A DNA stretch of 52,326 nucleotides from a virus (taxonomy: Duplodnaviria; Caudoviricetes): positions 1 to 52,326 of the IMG/VR virus record IMGVR_UViG_3300012211_000001; one strand, written 5' to 3'. Below the pieces are notes generated by a model. The model was not told the origin of the DNA. It searched no databases and worked only from the letters and a program-made list of their open reading frames with translations. A program made the translations under genes and the position numbers. The stretch's first letter is position 1; every line of letters starts with the position of its first letter. Below are positions 38,763-46,182 of this stretch, in pieces.

Positions 38763-39041
38763 TCATGTCCGAGATTCCTCAACCCAATGCCCATCGGTAT
38801 CCCGAACGAAGTTGACATACCGGCGCTTGCTGCCGCTGGGCGAAATCGGTCCAGCGAGCCTGAACGCAGGGTCCCATGTCACGGCGCGAGACGTGCGCCC
38901 GTCGCGGATGACGATGGTGATGCGTTCACCAGGGCGCGCAATGCGGGTCGCGATATGGCTGGTGAGTTGGCGCACGGGCCACGGAATCGCTGCGGTGGCG
39001 GTGACGAGCTCTAGCAATTTGAGGAATTCGCGTCGTATCAT
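38763..39041 (-). CDS. Small protein with twin-arginine-like N-terminus
   Basis: MIRREFLKLL... Confidence 0.5.
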   Translation of the reverse strand: MIRREFLKLLELVTATAAIPWPVRQLTSHIATRIARPGERITIVIRDGRTSRAVTWDPAFRLAGPISPSGSKRRYVNFVRDTDGHWVEESRT

Positions 39042-39087
39042 GGATTCCCCATGGTGCGGAGGATCGCCCGCACGCGTTCAGGTAAGT

Positions 39088-39273
39088 TCACGGAAGTACG
39101 TCTTCCGGCTTCAAAATCTCGGCGTGAATGTAGGTGCCGATGGCTTGCCCGACACCTTGCGCTTTCATCGTGTGAATCGTGCAGCAACAGATCGGTTCGC
39201 GCCCCGGCCAAAACACGCGAGCCGTGGCGTCATCGTCACAATTCTCTTGCGAACACTTCGGCCAGTCGCTCAT
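39088..39273 (-). CDS. Small Cys/His zinc-binding protein
   Basis: C..C...CC..H; overlaps upstream stop. Confidence 0.55.
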   Translation of the reverse strand: MSDWPKCSQENCDDDATARVFWPGREPICCCTIHTMKAQGVGQAIGTYIHAEILKPEDVLP

Positions 39274-39557
39274 GGTAAAATCCCAGCCTTTCGATCTGCT
39301 TCGTCCACTGATTGTGAGTACGGGCGATGCTCCTGCTTCTCGGGGCGACTCCACGAACCAAACGTCGCCGCGAACTTGGCGAGATTGATGTAGCGCGCCG
39401 GCGTATTCCGCAGATAGGCGGCGAGTTCTTCGGCTATCCGTTCCTCGGGATGCGCTTTCAGAAGCGGTTTCACGTAATGGGCGATCATACGCACTGGGGC
39501 GATGCCTTCAGGATAAGCTCGATACCACGTTCTTAGGTACGGTTTCAACCAGCTCAT
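39270..39557 (-). CDS. Hypothetical, resembling replication-initiator C-terminal domain
   Basis: GGAGGG RBS; helical domain ending KFAATFGSW. Confidence 0.5.
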   Translation of the reverse strand: MSWLKPYLRTWYRAYPEGIAPVRMIAHYVKPLLKAHPEERIAEELAAYLRNTPARYINLAKFAATFGSWSRPEKQEHRPYSQSVDEADRKAGILP

Positions 39558-40295
39558 CTTCCCTCCTGAAGAAGCCACGGCTTTATCCGGTCGTGGAGAC
39601 GCCGGACTCTGAAATGTCGGCAAGGCGGTGGTAGCGCATCGTCCTGAGGCTCTCCGGGCTTTGTGGCAGGGTAAGGCCCCGTCGTGTTATGAGAGCACTT
39701 CGCAAACGACCAAAAATCGTGCGCCGCGATACGACCGAGCAATCCTAAAGCGCCACGACCGGCCAGGTTGCTGCCAAGCAGAGCCTGGAATTGCTCAACG
39801 CGCGTTGCTCGATCCTGTCCATTCCCGTTGAGTTTCGGTTGACCGCCTCGACCGCGGCGAACGGGTATCAGAACGCCGACCACCGAAAAAGGAATGCCCC
39901 GGTAGCAAGGCCCAAATCCTGGTCCGGTCGGCGGTCCGAACCGGGACACAGGGTTTTCCTCACTATCGGGGCATCTGCAAGCCCGTGACCGCCTGATTTT
40001 CGCGTCGGCTGACCGCATTTGGGACGGTCGGCGCGACTATGAACTCTCACCCATTTTCGGAACCTGTCAAGTAGGGCAAGCGCCAGTTCTAGCATCTGCC
40101 ACATAGCTAGGATCTTCGCCACGTCGCCCGCTGGCAGTAGCTGCGATTTCGGGCTAGGTGCTTGCCCTACAAAGTCTGGACGAGTTCCTGCCGGGGTTTT
40201 GAGGCCCCGTTCGTCCTAAACGCCTTCGGATTGGCCCGCTAGCACGTTGTCAGAGCCAAGCCCCTCTCAGCAGGGGCGACGCAGGAAACCAACTA

Positions 40296-40404
40296 TGGAC
40301 GGGCGGGGATTTGCACCCCGCTTGGACTTTCGCCTCCCTAGATGTCACCGAACTTCAGCACGGGGCGATTCGCGCGCGGCACGCCCCGTCTCGGAAACCC
40401 GTCC
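40296..40404 (-). ncRNA. tRNA-like structured RNA (109 nt)
   Basis: Acceptor stem GGACGGG/CCCGTCC+A; T-arm CGGGG-TGCAAAT-CCCCG; internal stem ACGGGGCG/CGCCCCGT; no canonical anticodon arm. Confidence 0.6.
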
Positions 40405-40436
40405 GGGCCCTACAAGGTCTGGAAGTGGATTGCGGT

Positions 40437-41597
40437 CTAACCCCATGGTTCTCTACGGGTTTGTGGATCACGGTCCCAGTCCGCTTCTGTCGGCACGCTC
40501 GACCTAGCTTCAGCCCACGTTGAGCCGACAAGCGCCATCCCGGCGCCTAAGATGTTACGAGCTGCGTTGTGGTCACGGTCCAATTCGGCACCGCAGGGGC
40601 AAGAATGCCACCGCTGGGCGAGCGTCTTTTTCACGACCTGACCACATGCGCTGCACTGTTGCGACGTACCGGCGGGACTTACCGCAATCAGTGTCCGAGC
40701 AGCGCTTTCAGCCTTCTCGGCCAGCAATCGCAGGAACTGCCCCCACCCGGCATCATGCACGGACTTCGCCAGCATTCCACCAGCGAGACCCTTTACGTTC
40801 AGGTCCTCGACGGCAATCAGATCAAAGCGGTTGACCAGCGACCGGGAAACCTTGTGGTGAAAATCCCTGCGTTGTTGCTGGACGTGCTCATAGATCCGAT
40901 GAAGGGAAAGTACAGCCTTCTTCCGCCCATGGCTTCCCATGTGTCGGCGTGCGACGCGACGTTGCGCTAGGCGAAGTCTCGCCTGACCGCTCGCGAAGTA
41001 TCGAGGGTTGGAAACCGCCTCCCCAGTGGAAAGCATGGCGAATGACGTGAGCCCTACATCTACGCCAATCGCAGCCCCGCTTCTGGGTAGCGCTTCAGTA
41101 TTTACTTCGTTAGCGAAGCAGACGAACCAGCGGCCAGCATTGCGCTTGACAGTCACCGTCTTGACCTTGCCTTCCAATGGTCGATGCAACTTTAACTTGA
41201 TCTGTCCCACACCGAACAAAGCAACCCGACCAGCGATGATCCAGTGAGTCTTTCCTGAAAACGTAAGGGAATCATAGCGTCGTGCTGAGCGGAAGCGTGG
41301 ATAGCCGGGAGCTTGACCAGCCTTCACCCGTCGGAAGAAGGCCCGGAAGGCTCGGTCCACGCGCCGCAGTACGTCCTTGGCCACCCTCTGGCTTGGGATG
41401 GCCAAATCCCCTGATGCACGAATCTCCTTGAGCTGTGCGGCCTGTTCGTATAACCCGATGCTCTTCCGCTGCATCCGCCACGCCTCGCGTCGTTCTTCAA
41501 GGGCCGCGTTGTAGAGTCTTGCCGCCTCGGACAATTGCAATTCAAGCGCCATTACTTGGGCAATGGTCGGATAGAGTCGGTACTTAAAGGTTTTCAT
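40437..41597 (-). CDS. tnpB: TnpB RNA-guided endonuclease (IS200/IS605 family)
   Basis: KTFKYRLYP; RuvC GVDVG / AVEDL / DRDHNAARNI; zinc finger CSAC..CPC. Confidence 0.95.
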   Translation of the reverse strand: MKTFKYRLYPTIAQVMALELQLSEAARLYNAALEERREAWRMQRKSIGLYEQAAQLKEIRASGDLAIPSQRVAKDVLRRVDRAFRAFFRRVKAGQAPGYPRFRSARRYDSLTFSGKTHWIIAGRVALFGVGQIKLKLHRPLEGKVKTVTVKRNAGRWFVCFANEVNTEALPRSGAAIGVDVGLTSFAMLSTGEAVSNPRYFASGQARLRLAQRRVARRHMGSHGRKKAVLSLHRIYEHVQQQRRDFHHKVSRSLVNRFDLIAVEDLNVKGLAGGMLAKSVHDAGWGQFLRLLAEKAESAARTLIAVSPAGTSQQCSACGQVVKKTLAQRWHSCPCGAELDRDHNAARNILGAGMALVGSTWAEARSSVPTEADWDRDPQTRREPWG

Positions 41598-41779
41598 TAC
41601 GGGTTTCCCACGGGAGGAGGCAGCAACCCAAGCCGACGAGCGCAACCGATATGATAATGCTCGTAAACTATCGGGTCGCTTTCCTTGACGTTGGGGGGCG
41701 GGGGCGCGATTCGCGATAACGCTTCGTCCCCCGTCCACAGCGCCCCCCCGCAAGCTTGGCATGTGGCCTCAATTTTCAT
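41597..41779 (-). CDS. Small zinc-finger-like protein
   Basis: CQAC...HIGC; TAATG coupling to tnpB. Confidence 0.55.
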   Translation of the reverse strand: MKIEATCQACGGALWTGDEALSRIAPPPPNVKESDPIVYEHYHIGCARRLGLLPPPVGNP

Positions 41780-42156
41780 TCGGTTCCCACGGGAGGAGAT
41801 ACCACCCCTGCGAGTAATTCGTCGGCCAGTTTCTTTGCTTCGGCGAATCGCTGTTCCGCATCTGTGCGTGCGCGATCACAGCGCTCTGCAAAGTCACGCC
41901 AAGACTGCCCCGCGCATTCTGTTGTCGGCTCGGCGCGCCAAATCGCCGCGTGCATTTCCAGCATCGCATGTTTAGGACCGTACATTGCGGCGCCGCTCGG
42001 AAGGAATCCCATGTAGGGGCTGATGTTGCCGCTCAGGTCACGACAGAGCGCGAATAGCCGCTCCACGAACGGATCGACAGCATAGGGATCATAGTTCTGG
42101 CGTCCGTCCCATTCTGCACGAAGCGCCGCGAGTCGTTCTGGAAACGAACTAGTCAT
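41776..42156 (-). CDS. Hypothetical protein
   Basis: Operon packing. Confidence 0.5.
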   Translation of the reverse strand: MTSSFPERLAALRAEWDGRQNYDPYAVDPFVERLFALCRDLSGNISPYMGFLPSGAAMYGPKHAMLEMHAAIWRAEPTTECAGQSWRDFAERCDRARTDAEQRFAEAKKLADELLAGVVSPPVGTE

Positions 42157-42307
42157 CCTCGAATATCTCCTCGGCTGGCGGGGCGGTGCAGGCGCATTCC
42201 TCGGGACACGATTCGGGTGTGCCATCGCAATCGCATTCGCACCACGTCTGCATCCCGCAGCGACAATGCTGTCCAGCAGCACATCCTTCGCACAGCCGCT
42301 CGCCCAT
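42149..42307 (-). CDS. Cys-rich microprotein (52 aa, 10 Cys; not in ORF track)
   Basis: MGERLCEGCAAGQHCRCGMQTWCECDCDGTPESCPEECACTAPPAEEIFEDD fills an operon gap. Confidence 0.55.
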   Translation of the reverse strand: MGERLCEGCAAGQHCRCGMQTWCECDCDGTPESCPEECACTAPPAEEIFEDD

Positions 42308-42338
42308 GGGGGGGTCTTATCCTTTCAGGTCCCGCAGG

Positions 42339-42563
42339 TTACCAGATTGTCATGTCTTTCGCGAGGCCGGAGCCGCCACAAGACGAGCACCGGCAGAGTT
42401 GCCCAGCATACGAGCCATCGGGATTTTTGATGATGTGGTGCGCCTTGGTGCATTCGAGCGGATCGTCGCACTCATCCCATCCTTCGCCCCCGCAGTGGAA
42501 GCACTCGAATTCGTCCTCGCCGTCATCTGGCTCGCGCTGTTCAGTTTCTGGTGTATGGGTCAT
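42339..42563 (-). CDS. DnaJ-type zinc finger microprotein
   Basis: CFHCGGEG...CSSCGGSG. Confidence 0.6.
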   Translation of the reverse strand: MTHTPETEQREPDDGEDEFECFHCGGEGWDECDDPLECTKAHHIIKNPDGSYAGQLCRCSSCGGSGLAKDMTIW

Positions 42564-42565
42564 GT

Positions 42566-42970
42566 TCAGGAACCCCCCGAGAGAGCCACGTAAATGCGCA
42601 TCCCGAGACGCTTCTCAGCGGTGCGCGCGATTCGCGCTGGCAGCAGCGGGGCCCATTTCGGATGCCCTTCGAGCTCGCGCAACCGGGGGCGCACCGTCGA
42701 AGGATTGATCCCCGTGCCATTGGCGATTTCGCCCGCGGTCATGCCTCGCGCCCCGGCGACAGCGATGTAGAGGTAAATCGCTTCCCGCACGCGAGCGGTG
42801 TGCGGCTTGATGCGCGCCGCCGCTTCACGCGAAGTGTCAACGGCCACGCTGGGGGGTGAGTTATCGGGCTCTGTGCCGACAGTGGTATTTCCACCCCCCA
42901 GGGGCCAAAACAAGTCGGGGTCGGGCTCTCCTGGGAGCGGGGCCGCCCAGTGCTTATGATGGGCGCGCAT
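42566..42970 (-). CDS. Winged-HTH protein
   Basis: DTSREAA...GMTAGEIA....PSTVRPRLREL. Confidence 0.75.
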   Translation of the reverse strand: MRAHHKHWAAPLPGEPDPDLFWPLGGGNTTVGTEPDNSPPSVAVDTSREAAARIKPHTARVREAIYLYIAVAGARGMTAGEIANGTGINPSTVRPRLRELEGHPKWAPLLPARIARTAEKRLGMRIYVALSGGS

Positions 42971-42972
42971 TC

Positions 42973-43545
42973 CTAGCCCGCGACCTCTTCCCAGAGCGTG
43001 ACTCGGAACGTCCCGAACGGGCCACGCTTCTCGGGGCGAAAATCTCCAATGCCGATGCCTACACCGGCTTCTGTCAGGAGCTGGTGCGCTGTCTCGACTT
43101 CGAGCAAATCGTCATTGACGAGAAGTTCGAAGCGGGCGCCCCAGTTGTCGAACCGGGGGCGATGGCGCATGACGCGGCCCTTGGTGGCGGGGATCGTGAC
43201 GGGTCGGGAATCGACCTCGAAGGATTTTGCAGGGCCGTCGCCGTTGAGGATCGTAATAGCATCCGTTGGGACGCGCACCGCTGAGGGAACCACGAAGCGC
43301 AAGCTCTTGCGGCTACCACGCATCTTGTGGTTCGAGCCAGCGTTCCCCATCGCTCCGGCGATACTGAAAGCGTTGAAGTAATACGTCCCGTCGGGCGCGA
43401 TATAGGCGTTGGCGGTTGCCTCAGCCCTCGGATCGGCGGTCTTGACCATCTGCTTGCGGGTTGCTTTTGCCTGTTCAGCTTGCTCTGCGAATCGGTGAAT
43501 CAGCAATGGCGTCACGCCACGAATCTCAACCTTGATCGTTTTCAG
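42973..43545 (-). CDS. Cas7/RAMP-like protein, probable CTG start
   Basis: KTIKVEIRGVTPLLIH first strand; C-terminal G-rich loop AGVGIGIGDFRPEKRGPFGTFRV. Confidence 0.75.
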   Translation of the reverse strand: MKTIKVEIRGVTPLLIHRFAEQAEQAKATRKQMVKTADPRAEATANAYIAPDGTYYFNAFSIAGAMGNAGSNHKMRGSRKSLRFVVPSAVRVPTDAITILNGDGPAKSFEVDSRPVTIPATKGRVMRHRPRFDNWGARFELLVNDDLLEVETAHQLLTEAGVGIGIGDFRPEKRGPFGTFRVTLWEEVAG

Positions 43546-43566
43546 AAAACCCCCTTAGAGAGAACT

Positions 43567-43646
43567 TCACCATGCCTTACCGCACCTTGCCCCACCCCGC
43601 ATTGCCAGACCACACCAGGCCCCACCTAGCCCAACCGAACCGCACC
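43567..43646 (-). repeat. GGY-NN pentamer array A (16 units), putative guide ncRNA
   Basis: GGTGC GGTTC GGTTG GGCTA GGTGG GGCCT GGTGT GGTCT GGCAA tGCGG GGTGG GGCAA GGTGC GGTAA GGCAT GGTGA. Confidence 0.88.
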
Positions 43647-43898
43647 TTACAAACCTTCTCTTTCAAAAAGCACTGCATCGATCGCGTCGAGTAACGGTTT
43701 GAAATATACGCCCCGGCCGTTTTTCAACTCGACTTCATTTCGCATTCTGACGAGCGCATTCGAGCTAAATTCTTGGAGTGGTGTGCCGGCGCGTTCTCCG
43801 AAGGGCCACAGAATCGTTCCAGCCGAATCGTCCGGCTCATCCCATGGCATCGGATCGGTACGCCGAAAGACTTCGGGATACTCGTCAAGGCGTTCCAC
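43647..43898 (-). CDS. Hypothetical protein
   Basis: WPFGERAGTPL motif; follows ERF. Confidence 0.55.
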   Translation of the reverse strand: MERLDEYPEVFRRTDPMPWDEPDDSAGTILWPFGERAGTPLQEFSSNALVRMRNEVELKNGRGVYFKPLLDAIDAVLFEREGL

Positions 43899-44592
43899 TG
43901 GCCACCTTCGCGGCTCGCGCCTTGAGTTCGAGCTTCACAATCGCCAACCACTCATCGGGAACGGGTGCTTGCCCCGACTCGACTGCGCGGAGCTGATTGA
44001 GTGCCCATTCGCGGACGCACTTGCCTTGTACGGTTCCGCCGCCCGTCCATTTCGTATCTCTAGTAGGAAACTCATCGGGTTCGGTAATCCGCTGGGGAGA
44101 CGTGGGGCCCGACTCCGCGCTGGGCGGACTCGCTGCGCTACCCTTGGAAGGCGCAGTGGACTTAGCCCCACGCTCCACTCGCTTCGCTCCGCTTGCCGCA
44201 TTGCCGTCGTCATCCTCAGTTACCACGCCCACGACTGCCGCGAGCGCATAGCGCCGCAGATAGGTCAGCGCAGAACCCACGCCTTGGGCATCCGACTGTT
44301 TCAACGGCGCGCCCGCCGTTCCCGCAATCCATTCCCCGGACTCGTGGACGAGGACGGTCGTCAGCGTGGCGAACGGTGGGTCGCCCACCGAGTACCCGGG
44401 AAACTGCGTTACCGTAAGGCCGTTCGATTGCAACGCAGCGCGGCAGGCGTTCCAAATGGATTCGAGCCCCGCGTAACTGGACTTGAAGAACGGGTTCGTG
44501 GAATCCTTCACCGCTGGTTGCAATGCGGCCTGCGCTTTCAGCAGCGCTTTGGCGAGCCCCGCGACGCTCGAACTCTGGGTGACGCTGGTCAT
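43885..44592 (-). CDS. erf: ERF family single-strand annealing recombinase
   Basis: KDSTNPFFKSSYA, LVHESGEW, QGVGSALTYLRRYAL, EDDDGN. Confidence 0.93.
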   Translation of the reverse strand: MTSVTQSSSVAGLAKALLKAQAALQPAVKDSTNPFFKSSYAGLESIWNACRAALQSNGLTVTQFPGYSVGDPPFATLTTVLVHESGEWIAGTAGAPLKQSDAQGVGSALTYLRRYALAAVVGVVTEDDDGNAASGAKRVERGAKSTAPSKGSAASPPSAESGPTSPQRITEPDEFPTRDTKWTGGGTVQGKCVREWALNQLRAVESGQAPVPDEWLAIVKLELKARAAKVASGTP

Positions 44593-44792
44593 CGGTTCCT
44601 CAGTTCTCGTGAATCCACATCACGGCAAACGACGCATTGAAGTTCCGGGGCTGGCGGTTTCTTGCCCCGCCAGACTGAAAGCAAGCCGTCCGGTTTCCGT
44701 CCACAAAGTGTGAACTTGTTGTCCTGTGTGAGATGATACAGGCCAAAACCTGCGCGGCTCATGCGCCATGCGATGTACGAAGTTTCAGGCAT
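44589..44792 (-). CDS. Hypothetical zinc-binding protein
   Basis: H...TLCG...CVVC; ATG overlaps upstream stop. Confidence 0.5.
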   Translation of the reverse strand: MPETSYIAWRMSRAGFGLYHLTQDNKFTLCGRKPDGLLSVWRGKKPPAPELQCVVCRDVDSRELRNR

Positions 44793-44987
44793 CGGGATGC
44801 TCTGGGGCCAGCAGCCACTTTTGCACCATTGCCTCGTGTCCGGCCACCGCTTCGGCTTCCGTGCTGTAGCGATCGCAATCCAGTCAGCTACGCGCTTGTA
44901 GGCTGGGTCCTCGAATTTTTCGCCCCAGACGCGAATGTCATTCGTCACCGTTCCGTCACGGAGATACCACTGATCGAAGCGCCGCAT
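44785..44987 (-). pseudogene. Internally deleted, frameshifted paralog of 48362-48700
   Basis: N- and C-terminal parts match that gene in different frames. Confidence 0.75.
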
Positions 44988-45290
44988 CAGAACGTGCCCC
45001 CGCAGTCCAACCATGGATTCTCCTCGACGGGCACTCCTGGTAACACGCCATCGCCCCGCGTCACATGCCCAGCAAGGCACCTTTGGAGTACCAGTTCTTC
45101 GTAGGGCAAATGCGAAAGTGGAGATGGAGTGATGAACCAATAGAGCAAGCCGCCGCACCGTTCGCATATCGCCGGGGCGCTTTGCTTCCGGGCAACGATT
45201 ACTTTTGTCGGCTTCATCGTTTCTCCGTCTGTTTCCAGCAATAGCCCATGAGGAATCCTATCGCCAAGAGCACGGCCACGAGCCAGAAAT

Positions 45291-45518
45291 TCATGCGACC
45301 GCTCGAACGCCGAGCATGGTTAACACGGCGCGGGCTTTGGTGCCTTCCCACGACCGGTGCCCCAGCTCGAGATCGGAGAGAAATGAAGCGCTGACCCGCA
45401 CGGCGCGGGCGACTTCTCTGAGGCCCAATCCCTTGTTAACACGCTCGGTGCGAACTCGCATCCCTAGGGCGCGCCAGTCGGGTTCCTTGCCAGTTCCGTG
45501 ACAGCGTTTACATTCCAT
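45291..45518 (-). CDS. XRE-family HTH regulator (Cro/CI-like), probably leaderless
   Basis: GLGLREVARAVRVSASFLSDLELG. Confidence 0.85.
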   Translation of the reverse strand: MECKRCHGTGKEPDWRALGMRVRTERVNKGLGLREVARAVRVSASFLSDLELGHRSWEGTKARAVLTMLGVRAVA

Positions 45519-45524
45519 AAGAAC

Positions 45525-45570
45525 ACTATACGCTTAGGGGGTTGACACGTCAAGGGGGATAGGCTAACGT
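45525..45570. promoter_or_regulatory. Divergent sigma70-type promoter pair
   Basis: Rightward TTGACA-17-TAACGT; leftward TTGACG-17-TATAGT. Confidence 0.85.
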
Positions 45571-45618
45571 AGGGGGGCAGGCAGTGAGAGGCGTCCCCTG
45601 AACCCCCTGGAGTCCCCA

Positions 45619-46182
45619 ATGGCATGTCCGATCTGCGGAGCGAAATGCGTTTGCCGGAAGCGCGGCGAAGATGGCCGCTGCTGCTCCTGCCACAAGCACA
45701 AGGCGCGGACGCCCCAGCAAGCGCAGGCACACTCACAGTATGAGATTGAACACAAGCGCCCCGTGGATGCGGCCTCAGTCTATCCCGTTGAGGAACTGCT
45801 GACGGAACTGGATGTGCGGCGCGTGGATCGGCGCGACGGGTTTTCTTATGCGGGGCTGTTTGATCGTCCCGTCGTCACTGATCTGGTGATTCTCCGAGAT
45901 GGTCCCATGCCCGTCGTCATCGCGACTGAGCGTAGCGACAATCCGGGGGCATCAATCACCAACACGATTGAGAAACTCGCTGCGAAGTTGATGAGCGAGA
46001 CTGGCTGGCTGCTGGGTGACTTCGTATTGGTCGAGCACTATCCCGCGCACCGCTACGGTGAATTCCTTGGGCGGTCGCTCAGTCAAGTGCATTTCGAGCG
46101 CATGTGGAGCGGCGTGACGTGGACGCATTTAGAGATTGACGGACTGCGTGCGCTGATCGCCCCAGCAGCGGTACCAGCATGA
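45619..46182 (+). CDS. Early hypothetical protein with Cys-rich N-terminus
   Basis: GGAG RBS; TERSDNPGASITN..E, VEHYP. Confidence 0.65.
   Translation: MACPICGAKCVCRKRGEDGRCCSCHKHKARTPQQAQAHSQYEIEHKRPVDAASVYPVEELLTELDVRRVDRRDGFSYAGLFDRPVVTDLVILRDGPMPVVIATERSDNPGASITNTIEKLAAKLMSETGWLLGDFVLVEHYPAHRYGEFLGRSLSQVHFERMWSGVTWTHLEIDGLRALIAPAAVPA

Noticed and set aside
39571-39598. GAAGCCACGGCTTTA..CGTGGAG resembling an IS605 right end
   Set aside because: Wrong strand relative to tnpB, ~0.85 kb away, and an imperfect hairpin
40296-40404. Canonical tRNA or tmRNA gene
   Set aside because: No D/anticodon arm geometry or TTC T-loop, and too short for tmRNA
41598-41762. N-terminal 55-aa extension of TnpB in the ORF track
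   Set aside because: Overlaps a coupled upstream gene; the family N-terminus starts at MKTFKYRLYP
43567-43646. GGY-NN arrays as CRISPR arrays or simple microsatellites
   Set aside because: No 25-40-nt repeats with spacers; the variable dinucleotides are inconsistent with slippage repeats
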